64,000 nucleotides of DNA. Source: an uncultured Oscillospiraceae bacterium (GTDB taxonomy: Bacteria > Bacillota > Clostridia > Oscillospirales > Oscillospiraceae). A program made the translations under genes and the position numbers. The notes under the pieces are model-generated. The model saw nothing but the letters and a program-made list of their open reading frames with translations. It was not told the DNA's origin and did no database searches. The stretch spans positions 5,678 to 69,677 of the forward strand of contig CATNCS010000005.1 in NCBI GenBank assembly GCA_950097245.1. The letters are read 5' to 3'. Positions 50,838 through 60,305 of this stretch are shown in pieces (positions within the stretch are counted from its first letter, which is position 1; each line of letters begins with the position of its first letter).

Positions 50838-51731
50838 TTACACCAGAGTCTGGATCAGGTTTTTGCGCTCGCCGGGCAGCATATCGATAACGGGTATCTC
50901 AATCATGGTGCGGGCGCCGGGGGCCTGCTTGACGGCGGCCCGGGCGCAGGAGACCATAACCTGAGAGGTCATCGCGGGGTTGTTGATGTTGACCTGGAAG
51001 GAGAGGTTCTGATTGTCGGTGGTGCCGGAGACGCCCTTCCGGGTAATCAGGCCCGCGTGGCCCCGGTCCATGCAGTCGCTGACAGATTCCACCTGGATGA
51101 CGTGGGTCTCGTCGTGGGCAAAGTAGGGGTCGGCCTTGATGGCGGCGGTGACCTCCTCCAGACTGGCACCCTCCTTCAGCTCCACATACACCATGCGGCG
51201 GTGGATGCCCTCGCCCAGGGGGATGGTCATACTCATGGCGTTGGCCACGCCGGGCACGGCCTTGGCGGCCACAGAGTGGCCCATGCTCATGCCGGGTCCG
51301 AAGTTGGTGTGGGTGATGCCCCGGGGCACACAGGCCAGCATCAGCGCGCGGACGATGCTGTCGGCGCCGGGGTCCCAGCCGGCGGAGACGATGGCGCAGG
51401 CGTTGCCCTTTTTGGCAAAGGTGTCCAGCAGCTGCAGCTGGTCCCAGACGCCGTGGACGTCATAGGGATCCACAGTGTGGATGCCCCGCTCCAGGTATTT
51501 GCCCGCGATGCTGGAAACCAGCCGGGTGGGGACGCACATCAGCGCAACGTCAATTTTGACGTCGCCCAGCTGCTCCAGCTCCTCGACAGCCCTGATGCCG
51601 GGCAGGGATATCGTCTTTGCCTCAGGGCAGATGATTCCCACAAGGTCCATGTCCGGGGCGGTCTGAACTGCCTGCACGGCAAAGGAACCGATATTGCCGT
51701 AGCCTACAATTGCAACTTGAATTTTGTCCAT
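50838..51731 (-). CDS. ddh: meso-Diaminopimelate D-dehydrogenase
   Basis: GYGNIG Rossmann motif, SAGWDPG.DS, NFGPGMSMGHS, NNPAMTSQ. Confidence 0.92.
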   Translation of the reverse strand: MDKIQVAIVGYGNIGSFAVQAVQTAPDMDLVGIICPEAKTISLPGIRAVEELEQLGDVKIDVALMCVPTRLVSSIAGKYLERGIHTVDPYDVHGVWDQLQLLDTFAKKGNACAIVSAGWDPGADSIVRALMLACVPRGITHTNFGPGMSMGHSVAAKAVPGVANAMSMTIPLGEGIHRRMVYVELKEGASLEEVTAAIKADPYFAHDETHVIQVESVSDCMDRGHAGLITRKGVSGTTDNQNLSFQVNINNPAMTSQVMVSCARAAVKQAPGARTMIEIPVIDMLPGERKNLIQTLV

Positions 51732-52044
51732 AAACGACTCTAAATCTCCTTTATCTTTTTTTCAGGTGTAGCTCTGTTGCCGGACTACCGTTTGTATGGT
51801 GCAATTTCGACTGATATTTGACTGGCTGCTGTATATAGTTTAAACAATAAAGCCGGGGAGTTCAATTGATATTTTAGTATAGAATTGCCATAGGCAATGG
51901 ACAAACTGTCCTGTTATATTTCCCATATTTACCCAGGAATTAAATGGGTAATATGCAAAAAAACGACTAAATCCACATATGCCTCCAGGGCTCTCCCCTT
52001 CCGGGGGAGGTCCTTTCCTGTATAGAGATAAGGTTTATTAGCAG

Positions 52045-52078
52045 CTTGAAGGGCCGCCCTCCGGGCGGCCCTTACAAG
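52045..52078 (-). terminator. Terminator after anti-sigma candidate 2
   Basis: AAGGGCCGCCC-TCC-GGGCGGCCCTT. Confidence 0.7.
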
Positions 52079-52110
52079 TGCTGCGAATTTTGAAGACGGC
52101 TGTAATTTCA

Positions 52111-53547
52111 TCAAAACTGATACATCAGCAGATAGTGCGTCTCATTGTCCAGGGTTCTGGCGCGGATGCTCACGGTATTGTCGTCATCCCAGCCGACGCC
52201 GCCCTCATAGAGATTCTCATAGCCCTCCCGGTCAAAGGCGAAGAAGACGCCCTTCTCCAGGTCGGCCACGCCAATCTGGGAGATGCCCAGGCCCTCGGAC
52301 TGGTTGTCCCTGGCGAGGTACAGCAGCTTGGTTCCCGAGGGATTCAGCATAAAGTCGTCCCCCTTTTGGAAGGTAAAGCCGCCCAGCATGGTCCGGTTTC
52401 CGGTTTTCAGGTCCACCACCTGGACCTGGCCCGTTTCCGAAATGAGGACACAGCGGCTGCCGAAGGTCATCACGCCGCTGGGATGTTCGTCCCAGTTCCG
52501 ATAGTAGGGGGTGGCGTCCAGCGTCTTGGTTGTGCGGCCGGAGGAGATGTCGTAGGAATAGAAGGTCACGTCCTGAATCAGTTCCTCCTCATCATTGTTG
52601 AAGCAGTAGAGGATCAGGGTATCGTCGTCCGCGAAGGCCGCCATTTTCGCGCCTATGCCGCCCAGGGTGCTCACCTCGGTCAGCGTCCCGCTTTCCCGGT
52701 CATACAGCCACTCCCGGGCGTCGGAAAACTCCTCGCTGGGCCGGCCGGAGATCAGGGCCAGGCGGAAGCTGTCGGACCAAATTGCGCCGTCAGACTGCTC
52801 CAGCACAGCGGGGTCCACCCCGGCGAACAGTTCCTCCGTCTCGCCGGTGTCCAGGTGGTAGAGGAGGGGGTACTCCCTGTAGTCCATCTGTGTCCCGGTA
52901 GACAGGCGGAGGAGCAGGGCGTCGTTGCGGCCCGGAATGAGGGAGAGGTTCCAGTCCCATGCCTGCTCCCCCTCCTCGTCCCAGGTGCGGTGGTCCCCGG
53001 AGAAGTAGTCCAGCTGCCCATCCCGGACATACCAGTAGAACTCCCCCTGGTAGTGGAGGTCTCTGAACATGATGTCAACCTGGCTGGTATGCATATCCAC
53101 CTCCACCGGGACCAGTTCCCCGTTCTTTGGCTCCCAGAACTTGGCGTCCAGAAGGATTTTCCAGTCCTCGTCCCAGGTCAGGTCGGTGAGCAGGCCGTTG
53201 GAGAAGCCGTAGCGGTAGCTGTCCATTCTGATGTACTGGGCCTTGACCAGCTGGCCGATTTCCGCGTTGCTGATGTCGGGGCCGCCCGGGCTGACGCTGC
53301 TGCTGGGCACCTGTTCCCGCTCCTCCATCTGGAAGAAGGACAGCACCGCCGTCCGCAGCTCAGGACTGGCGGCCAGGGCCACGGTAAACAGGCAGACTGC
53401 CGCCAGCGCCGCGGCCAGCAGACCGTTGACCACCCGGCGGGGGGAGAGATACTTCCGTTTTGTATTTTTCTGACTCATAATACGCTCCTTTAAGTCCGGG
53501 TCCGGGGAGATACGGTCCATCGCCCGGCGATAGTCGTTCATGTTCAT
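52111..53547 (-). CDS. Anti-sigma factor candidate 2 with large beta-rich extracellular domain
   Basis: ATGA overlap with the ECF sigma; MNDYRRAMDRI N-terminus, one TM, C-terminal region rich in predicted beta strands. Confidence 0.7.
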   Translation of the reverse strand: MNMNDYRRAMDRISPDPDLKERIMSQKNTKRKYLSPRRVVNGLLAAALAAVCLFTVALAASPELRTAVLSFFQMEEREQVPSSSVSPGGPDISNAEIGQLVKAQYIRMDSYRYGFSNGLLTDLTWDEDWKILLDAKFWEPKNGELVPVEVDMHTSQVDIMFRDLHYQGEFYWYVRDGQLDYFSGDHRTWDEEGEQAWDWNLSLIPGRNDALLLRLSTGTQMDYREYPLLYHLDTGETEELFAGVDPAVLEQSDGAIWSDSFRLALISGRPSEEFSDAREWLYDRESGTLTEVSTLGGIGAKMAAFADDDTLILYCFNNDEEELIQDVTFYSYDISSGRTTKTLDATPYYRNWDEHPSGVMTFGSRCVLISETGQVQVVDLKTGNRTMLGGFTFQKGDDFMLNPSGTKLLYLARDNQSEGLGISQIGVADLEKGVFFAFDREGYENLYEGGVGWDDDNTVSIRARTLDNETHYLLMYQF

Positions 53548-54020
53548 GTAGCACCCTCCAATTCGATTTTCAGCAGCTCACGGCCCCGTTTCAGCCGCAT
53601 TTTCACCGCTGACTGTCCCAGCTTCAGAATCCCGGCGATTTCCGCCACCGAGTAGCCCTCATAGTAGTAGAGGTGGATGGGCAGCTTGTACTTCTCCGGC
53701 AGGCTCAATACGGCGCTGAGGGCCTCCAGCTCCTCCGGCGGGGCAGCGGGGAGGGTGTCCTCCAGCTCAGTGACCCGCTTGCGCCAGAAGCCCCGCAGCT
53801 GGTCCCGGCACAGGTTGGCCGTCACCTGGAGGAGCCACCGCTTTTGGTGGTCCCCGTCGTTGAAAACGGGAGAGCGGTACAGCAGCCGGAAAAAGACCTC
53901 CTGGACTACGTCCTCCGCGTCGGCGTGCCGCCCCAGGTAGACCATGGCCAGCCGGTAGACTGCCCCGCCGTATGCGTCATAGGCCGCCTCAAACTGACAG
54001 GCGCCAATGGTTTGCTTCAT
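53544..54020 (-). CDS. ECF sigma factor 2
   Basis: DAEDVVQEVF, WLLQVTANLC, YSVAEIA.IL..G.SAVKMRL.RGR; GGAGG RBS at 54020. Confidence 0.93.
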   Translation of the reverse strand: MKQTIGACQFEAAYDAYGGAVYRLAMVYLGRHADAEDVVQEVFFRLLYRSPVFNDGDHQKRWLLQVTANLCRDQLRGFWRKRVTELEDTLPAAPPEELEALSAVLSLPEKYKLPIHLYYYEGYSVAEIAGILKLGQSAVKMRLKRGRELLKIELEGAT

Positions 54021-54041
54021 CGTTTGACCTCCTTTCACAGG

Positions 54042-54070
54042 TAAAACGATCGGGAGCGGGAAGCGGTCAC
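54042..54070 (-). promoter_or_regulatory. ECF-type promoter upstream of ECF sigma 2
   Basis: GTGACC-N16-CGTTTTA. Confidence 0.5.
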
Positions 54071-54403
54071 CGCCCCGGGATATTTTTTACAGAGGGGGAG
54101 AGAAAATGGATAATATTGGGAAAAATATCCGTTTGTTGTTACGATCATGCCAGAAAAGGGGTAAAAAGAGTCAAAAAATCTCATATTTATGACAAATGTA
54201 TATTTGTTTAGAAAAAAGGATAAAAAACTTCAAAAGAGGGGCTTTTTGGAGCCGGGGGAGGAAAAAGGGGACAAAAGCTACAATTTATTCCGTAAAAGCG
54301 GGTGAAAATCGGGGTAATATTTGTGCAATTGTCCATTGACGAAACTGGGATAAATCTGCTATGCTAAACACACATCCTAATGAATAGGGCGGAGGTACGT
54401 GAT

Positions 54404-54667
54404 ATGTATAGTCAGGAAGCCGTCGTAAACAACCAGGTCGGTCTCCATGCCAGACCCGCTACATTTTTCATCCAGAAGGCCAACGAGTTCAAGAGCTCCA
54501 TCTGGGTGGAGAAGGAGGAGCGCAAGGTCAACGCGAAGAGCCTGCTGGGCGTTCTGTCTCTTGGCATCGTAAAGGGCACCCCTATCAAGCTGATCGCGGA
54601 TGGTCCCGACGAGAAGGAAGCGGTCGAGGCTCTGTACAAGATGATCTCTTCCGATTTTTCCGAGTAA
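54404..54667 (+). CDS. ptsH: Phosphocarrier protein HPr
   Basis: GLHARPA (His15), NAKSLLGVLSL (Ser46); GGAGG RBS at 54404. Confidence 0.95.
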   Translation: MYSQEAVVNNQVGLHARPATFFIQKANEFKSSIWVEKEERKVNAKSLLGVLSLGIVKGTPIKLIADGPDEKEAVEALYKMISSDFSE

Positions 54668-54687
54668 TCACCGCACAATCATCACGG

Positions 54688-54714
54688 AAGGCGCCGCGCT
54701 GCGGCGCCTTTTTT
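54688..54714 (+). terminator. ptsH terminator
   Basis: AAGGCGCCGC-GCT-GCGGCGCCTTTTTT. Confidence 0.85.
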
Positions 54715-54733
54715 GATGTCAGGAGGGACACCC

Positions 54734-56554
54734 ATGACTTTTGACGAATTAAAAGAGAAGGCCCACAGCCTGCCGCTGAAGCCGGGGGTCTATATCATGC
54801 AGGACGCCCAGAGCACAGTCATCTATGTGGGCAAGGCCAAGGCGCTGAAAAATCGGGTGAGCCAGTATTTTCAGGACTCCGCCTCCCACACGGAGAAGAC
54901 CCGGGCCATGGTGTCTCAGATTGACCACTTCGACGTCATCATCGCTGACAGCGAGTTCGAGGCCCTGGTGCTGGAGTGCTCCCTCATCAAGCGCCACCAG
55001 CCCCGGTACAACATCCTTCTCAAGGACAGCAAGGGCTATCCCTATATCCGCCTGTCCAACGAGCCTTACCCCAAGTTTTCCCTGGCCTCCAAGGCGGCGG
55101 AGGACGGAGCCCGGTACTTCGGCCCCTACGCCGGCCGGCACAGCACCCAGGGCATCATCGACGCCCTGCGCACCGCACTGCGGCTGCCCTCCTGCAACAA
55201 GAAGTTCCCCAGAGATATCGGCAAGGAGCGCCCCTGTCTTAACTACCACATGGGCAAGTGTGACGGCTACTGCCGGGGGGACGAGCTGCGGGAGCAGCAC
55301 GGCCAGGCCATCGCCCAGGCGGTATCCCTGCTGGAGGGCCGCTTCAAGGACGTCCAGCGGGACCTGACAGCGGAGATGGAGCGGGCGGCGGAGGAGCTGC
55401 GGTTCGAGCGGGCCGCCCAGCTCCGGGACCGGATCGCTGCCATCGAGCTGCTGGGCAAGCGGCAGAAGGTGATCGCCGCCTCCCTGGCGGACACCGACGT
55501 GGCCGGCTTCTTCCGGGGGACGGCCAAGAGCTGCTTTGTGGTCCTCCATTTTATGGACGGCCAGCTGGCCGCAAAGGACTTCGACCTGCTGGAGACCCCC
55601 ATGGAGGACGAGGAGGGGGCGGTGCTGTCCTCCCTGATGCGGGAGTACTACGTGGGCCGCACCCGCCTGCCCAAGCAGATTCTCATTCCCTGCGAGCTGC
55701 CCGACCAGGTGCCCCTGACCCGGATGCTCTCCGAGCAGGTGGGATACCGGGTGGAGCTCATTACCCCCCAGCGGGGGGCCAAGATGGACCTGATTAAAAT
55801 GGCCAACCAGAACGCCCGGGAGGAGGTGGAGCGGGCCACCACCCACGAGGAGCGGCGGAACAAGCTGCTGGAGGCCCTTGGGAAGATGCTCGGCCTGGAC
55901 GGTCCCCCCAAACGGATGGAGTCCTACGACATCTCCAACCAGGGGGCCAGTGACATCGTGGCCTCTATGGTGGTCTATGTGGACGGCAAGCCCTTAAAGC
56001 GGGACTACCGCCGGTTCAAGCTCAAGGACATGGCGGGCCCCGACGACTACGCCTCCATGGAGCAGGTGCTCACCCGGCGGTTCCGCCGGTATCTGGACGG
56101 GGATGAGAAATTTTCCGACAAGCCGGACCTGCTCCTCATCGACGGCGGCCACGAGCATGTGAAGGTGGCCCGGCGGGTGCTGGAGACGCTGAATCTGGAC
56201 ATCCCCGCCTACGGCATGGTGAAGGACGACCGCCACCGCACCCGGGCCCTGGTCCACCCGGACGGCCGGGAGATCGGCATCCAGTCCATCCCGGCGGTCT
56301 TCGCCCTCATCGGGCAGATACAGGAGGAGACCCACCGCTTCGCCATTGAGTACCACCGCCAGCTCCAGGCGGGACACGTAAAAGCCTCTGTTCTGGACAA
56401 GATACCCGGGGTGGGGGAGAAGCGCCGCCAGCAGCTGTTAAAGCAGTTCAAGACCATCAAAGCCATCAAAACCGCCTCCTTGGAGCGGCTCCAGGAGGCG
56501 GTTCCCAAGAACACCGCCCAAGCGGTGTATGACTATTTCCATGGAGAAGAGTGA
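54734..56554 (+). CDS. uvrC: Excinuclease ABC subunit C
   Basis: GIY-YIG N-terminus (PGVYIM..IYVGKAK.L.NRV), ESYDISN, LLLIDGG, HhH IPGVGEKR. Confidence 0.97.
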   Translation: MTFDELKEKAHSLPLKPGVYIMQDAQSTVIYVGKAKALKNRVSQYFQDSASHTEKTRAMVSQIDHFDVIIADSEFEALVLECSLIKRHQPRYNILLKDSKGYPYIRLSNEPYPKFSLASKAAEDGARYFGPYAGRHSTQGIIDALRTALRLPSCNKKFPRDIGKERPCLNYHMGKCDGYCRGDELREQHGQAIAQAVSLLEGRFKDVQRDLTAEMERAAEELRFERAAQLRDRIAAIELLGKRQKVIAASLADTDVAGFFRGTAKSCFVVLHFMDGQLAAKDFDLLETPMEDEEGAVLSSLMREYYVGRTRLPKQILIPCELPDQVPLTRMLSEQVGYRVELITPQRGAKMDLIKMANQNAREEVERATTHEERRNKLLEALGKMLGLDGPPKRMESYDISNQGASDIVASMVVYVDGKPLKRDYRRFKLKDMAGPDDYASMEQVLTRRFRRYLDGDEKFSDKPDLLLIDGGHEHVKVARRVLETLNLDIPAYGMVKDDRHRTRALVHPDGREIGIQSIPAVFALIGQIQEETHRFAIEYHRQLQAGHVKASVLDKIPGVGEKRRQQLLKQFKTIKAIKTASLERLQEAVPKNTAQAVYDYFHGEE

Positions 56555-56560
56555 GAGAAA

Positions 56561-56983
56561 ATGGTGGAAAAGAGAGAACAGATCATCCAGCTTTGGTTTG
56601 ATATGTGGCTGAAAGGAGCCGATCTTGGTATCTCAGATATTTTTTCCCCTGATGCCGTCTATACGGAGAGCTGGGGCCCGGAGTACCGTGGCGCAAAGGC
56701 CATCCAGCACTGGTTCGCGGAGTGGAACACCCGAGGAAGGGTGCTTCAATGGGATATTAAGCAGTTTTTCCACACGGACAGCCAGACGGTGGTAGAGTGG
56801 TATTTTAAAAACACCATGAACAGTGGAACGGTGGAGGCCTTTGAAGGCATGTCGCTGGTCCGATGGGATCAGGAGGGCAGGATTTGTGCCTTGAAGGAGT
56901 TTGGGTGCAATGAAAACCGCTATGACCCATATCAGAACGGACCGGTCCCGCGATTTCGGGATGGGGCGGCAATGTGGTTTTAA
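56561..56983 (+). CDS. NTF2/SnoaL-like protein
   Basis: IFSPDAVYTESWGPEYRG, VVEWYF, FEGMSLV; more AT-rich than neighbours. Confidence 0.75.
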   Translation: MVEKREQIIQLWFDMWLKGADLGISDIFSPDAVYTESWGPEYRGAKAIQHWFAEWNTRGRVLQWDIKQFFHTDSQTVVEWYFKNTMNSGTVEAFEGMSLVRWDQEGRICALKEFGCNENRYDPYQNGPVPRFRDGAAMWF

Positions 56984-57010
56984 TCCGTTCCACAGGAAAG
57001 GAAGGTCAAT

Positions 57011-57568
57011 ATGCGAGTTATCTCAGGTTTGGCCCGGGGCCGCAAATTGAAGGAGCCCCAGGGGCTGGACACCCGGCCCACCACCGACAAGGTGAAGGAG
57101 TCCCTGTTCAACATCATCCAGTTCGAGCTGGAGGGCCGGCGGGTGCTGGACCTCTTCGCCGGCACCGGCCAGCTGGGGCTGGAGGCCCTGTCCCGGGGGG
57201 CGGAGCACTGCACCTTTGTGGACCAGCGGAGGGAGGCCGCCGCTCTGGTGAAGGAAAATATAAGGCTGTGCCGCTTTGAAGACCGGACCCGGGTGGCGCA
57301 GGAGGAGGCCCAGTGGTTTCTGCGCTCCTGCGGGGAGCGGTTCGACGTGATTTTTCTGGACCCGCCCTACAAAACTGATCTGCTGAATCAATGTATCGAA
57401 AAAATCGCGGCATTTGACATTCTTCGCGAACATGGTATAATAGTCTGCGAAAGTGGGGCGGACTGGTCTGTTCCCACCTTGACGCCCCCTTACGAGGCGG
57501 GGCGGGAGTACCGGTATGGGCAGATCAAGCTGACCGTCTGCCGCCGGGCCGGGAGCGTGAAGCGATGA
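57011..57568 (+). CDS. rsmD: 16S rRNA m2G966 methyltransferase
   Basis: MRVISG.ARG, TRPTTDKVKE.LF, LDLFAGTGQLG.EA, FLDPPY. Confidence 0.95.
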   Translation: MRVISGLARGRKLKEPQGLDTRPTTDKVKESLFNIIQFELEGRRVLDLFAGTGQLGLEALSRGAEHCTFVDQRREAAALVKENIRLCRFEDRTRVAQEEAQWFLRSCGERFDVIFLDPPYKTDLLNQCIEKIAAFDILREHGIIVCESGADWSVPTLTPPYEAGREYRYGQIKLTVCRRAGSVKR

Positions 57569-58062
57569 GCGCGGCGATCTATCCGGGCAGCTTTGACCCG
57601 GTGACCCTGGGGCATCTGAACATTATCAAACGGGCGGCCGCCTGTTTCGACAAGGTGATTGTGTGCGTTATGGTAAACTCCAAAAAGACAGGGATGTTTA
57701 CCCCGGAGGAGCGGGTGGAGCTGCTGAAAAAATCCACCGCCCGGTTCCCCAACGTGGAGGTGGACTTCTCTGACGAGCTGCTGGCGGCCTATGCCAGGCG
57801 GCGGCGGGCCCATGTGGTGGTAAAGGGACTGCGGGCGGTGTCCGACTTTGAGCAGGAGGTTCAGATGGCAGTGATTAACCGGCACCTGAACCCCCAGCTG
57901 GAGACCATGTTCCTGGCGTCCAGTGAAAAGTATACCTATCTCAGCTCCACCATCGTCAAGGAGATGGCCCGGTACGGGACCGACCTGACGGGCCTGGTCC
58001 CCCGGGAAATTGTGGACGATGTGAACCGGCGCATGAGAGAGATGGAAGGAAAGGAAGGCTGA
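57565..58062 (+). CDS. coaD: Pantetheine-phosphate adenylyltransferase
   Basis: YPGSFDPVTLGH, GLRAVSDFE, SSTIVKE. Confidence 0.97.
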   Translation: MSAAIYPGSFDPVTLGHLNIIKRAAACFDKVIVCVMVNSKKTGMFTPEERVELLKKSTARFPNVEVDFSDELLAAYARRRRAHVVVKGLRAVSDFEQEVQMAVINRHLNPQLETMFLASSEKYTYLSSTIVKEMARYGTDLTGLVPREIVDDVNRRMREMEGKEG

Positions 58063-58067
58063 AGGCA

Positions 58068-58595
58068 ATGGCAAGCGGTGTGGAAGAACTTTTGGACATG
58101 CTCTTTGAGATGATCGACGAGGCGAAAAACGCCCCCCTGTCCAGCGACAGGTGCGTCATTGAGCGGGACCGGGCCCTGGACCTCATTGACGATATCCGCA
58201 GCCAGTTCCCCATGGAGCTGACCGAGGCCCGGAAGATGATGGCCCGGCGGGCGGAGATGGAGGCGGACGCCAAGCGGAAGGCGGAGTCCATTGTCCGCTC
58301 CGCCGAGGAGCGGGCCAAGCAGATGCTGGCCGCCGATACGGTAGCCCTCCAGGCCAAGCAGCGGGCCAACGACATGATCCGTCAGGCGGAGGAGCGCAGC
58401 CGGGCGCTGAAGCGGTCGGCCAACGAGTACTGCGAGGACGCCCTGCGCCGCACCGAGGAGGCGGTGGCCGAGGCCTTTGACGAGATCAAGCAGTCCCGCT
58501 CCCGGTTCCGGGCGGCGGCGGCCGCCACCATCAACAGTACCCCCGGCGGACAGCCTCAGGGAGGCAGAGCCGTGTTTGACGCGGACAGGGATTAG
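58068..58595 (+). CDS. Conserved coiled-coil protein typically found after coaD (DivIVA-related)
   Basis: Heptad-rich helical sequence (AERKA..IV..AEERA pattern); position after rsmD-coaD. Confidence 0.7.
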   Translation: MASGVEELLDMLFEMIDEAKNAPLSSDRCVIERDRALDLIDDIRSQFPMELTEARKMMARRAEMEADAKRKAESIVRSAEERAKQMLAADTVALQAKQRANDMIRQAEERSRALKRSANEYCEDALRRTEEAVAEAFDEIKQSRSRFRAAAAATINSTPGGQPQGGRAVFDADRD

Positions 58596-58662
58596 AACAC
58601 CCGGCCTGTCACGGACGTACAGTCCTGTGGCAGGTCGATTTTTTATGAAAATTTTGGCGGGG

Positions 58663-58692
58663 TGAAAAATCTGTCCATCCTGGACCGTGTTA
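58663..58692 (+). promoter_or_regulatory. ECF-type promoter upstream of ECF sigma 3
   Basis: TGAAAA-N17-CGTGTTA. Confidence 0.5.
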
Positions 58693-58714
58693 AGGGTGAA
58701 GGGAGCTGAGGACC

Positions 58715-59194
58715 GTGGTCCCGACTGGTACCGAAGAGACCGTATGCCGCCTTGTGCGGGAGTACAGCGATATGCTGCTGCGCCTGGCCTGTGCCCGGCT
58801 GTCCTCCGTCAGTGACGCGGAGGACGCGGTGCAGGAGGTGTTCCTGCGGCTGCTGACCGCTCCCGTCTCATTCCGGGACGCCGGGCATGAGAAGGCGTGG
58901 CTGATCCGCGCGACCCTTCACCGAGCCAGCGATATCCGCCGCCGCAGGGAAAAGGGAAACCTCCCTCTGGAGGAGGCGGCCCAGCGGGCCGCACCGGAGC
59001 CGGAGCCCGACCTGCTCCAGGCCGTTCAGGCCCTGCCGGAGCAGTACGGCGCCGTCATCCACCTCTACTACTACGAGGGCTATTCCATCAAGGAGATTGG
59101 GAAGCTGCTGGGCCTGCCCGCCGCCACGGTGGGCACCCGGCTGGCCCGCGGCCGGAACCGGCTGCGGGAGATGCTGAAGGAGGAGATCGAATGA
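58715..59194 (+). CDS. ECF sigma factor 3
   Basis: DAEDAVQEVF, WLIRA, YSIKEIG.LL..P.ATVGTRL.RGR. Confidence 0.92.
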   Translation: MVPTGTEETVCRLVREYSDMLLRLACARLSSVSDAEDAVQEVFLRLLTAPVSFRDAGHEKAWLIRATLHRASDIRRRREKGNLPLEEAAQRAAPEPEPDLLQAVQALPEQYGAVIHLYYYEGYSIKEIGKLLGLPAATVGTRLARGRNRLREMLKEEIE

Positions 59195-60099
59195 ACCGAG
59201 ACGACTACCGCAAGGCTGTGGACGCCCTTCCCTTTTCCGCCGATTTTCAGGCGCGGACGGAGGAGCTGATTCGCCGGCAGGCACAATCAAAAAAGGAGTG
59301 TATTGTAATGAAGAAGAAAGGTTTTATCCGCGCTGTGACCGTTGCCGCCGCAGTGGCCCTGTTTACCGTGTCCGCCTATGCCGCCTCCCGGTGGCTCAGT
59401 CCCGCTCAGGTGGCGGAGCTGCATGGGGACCCCGCCCTGTCCCAGGCATTTGAGAGTGAGAGCGCCGTCAAGGTCAATCAGACGGTGCAGACCGATGACC
59501 TGGCCGTCACTCTGGCGGGGCTGGTGTCCGGGGAGAACCTGTCCGACTGGACCGACCAGGCCGACCAAGCCCGCACCTACGCGGTGATGATTCTGGAGAG
59601 CCTGGACGGCACGCCGCTGGACATGGAGGATTTTCCGATTACGGACTATACCCTCACGCCTCTGGTGGCCGGCTTCACCCCCTGGTCGGTGAACAACTGG
59701 ACCCTGGACGCCGGTGTGTCCATGCTGGAGCAGGACGGGGTGATCTACTATCTGCTGGACACCAGGAGCATCGAGATGTTCGCGGACCACACGGTGTATC
59801 TGGCTTTCTACCAGGGCGGAGTACCCAGCCGGGACACCTTTGTCATGGCGGAGGACGGGACGATCTCCTTCACGGAGAGCTTTGAGGGCCCTCGTGCCCT
59901 GTTTACCCTGCCTCTGGACAGGAGCAAGGCCGACCCCGCCGCCGTGGAGCGGTTTATGGACGACAGCGGATTTGACCGGGAGTGGTTCACCACCGTCCTG
60001 CCGGACGACGGAATCACCTACACCACCCGGGAGACCGATACACCGGACGGCAAGCACATTGAGATTGTGCCTGACGAGGGACAGAGCACGAAGCCCTGA
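59191..60099 (+). CDS. Anti-sigma factor candidate 3
   Basis: ATGA overlap with sigma 3; MNRDDYRKAVDAL N-terminus, TM (AVTVAAAVALFTVSAYA), extracellular domain. Confidence 0.72.
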   Translation: MNRDDYRKAVDALPFSADFQARTEELIRRQAQSKKECIVMKKKGFIRAVTVAAAVALFTVSAYAASRWLSPAQVAELHGDPALSQAFESESAVKVNQTVQTDDLAVTLAGLVSGENLSDWTDQADQARTYAVMILESLDGTPLDMEDFPITDYTLTPLVAGFTPWSVNNWTLDAGVSMLEQDGVIYYLLDTRSIEMFADHTVYLAFYQGGVPSRDTFVMAEDGTISFTESFEGPRALFTLPLDRSKADPAAVERFMDDSGFDREWFTTVLPDDGITYTTRETDTPDGKHIEIVPDEGQSTKP

Positions 60100-60217
60100 C
60101 ATGGAAAGGCCGCCCGTCAAGGACGCTGCCACAAGAAAACCTGGAAGATCTCAGTCAAATCGATGTTTTTTAAGGGCGGCGGAAAACGGGACGGCGCAAA
60201 CGAGTAAGCAACAAAAC

Positions 60218-60254
60218 GGAAACGGGCGATGTCGGCAAGACATCGCCCGTTTCC
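60218..60254. terminator. Bidirectional terminator-like hairpin
   Basis: Perfect 16-bp stem GGAAACGGGCGATGTC-GGCAA-GACATCGCCCGTTTCC. Confidence 0.8.
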
Positions 60255-60305
60255 ACCTGCTCCAAATTGTGTTAGGGCTGACTGTTACAAGAATTTTCCA
60301 TTCCG

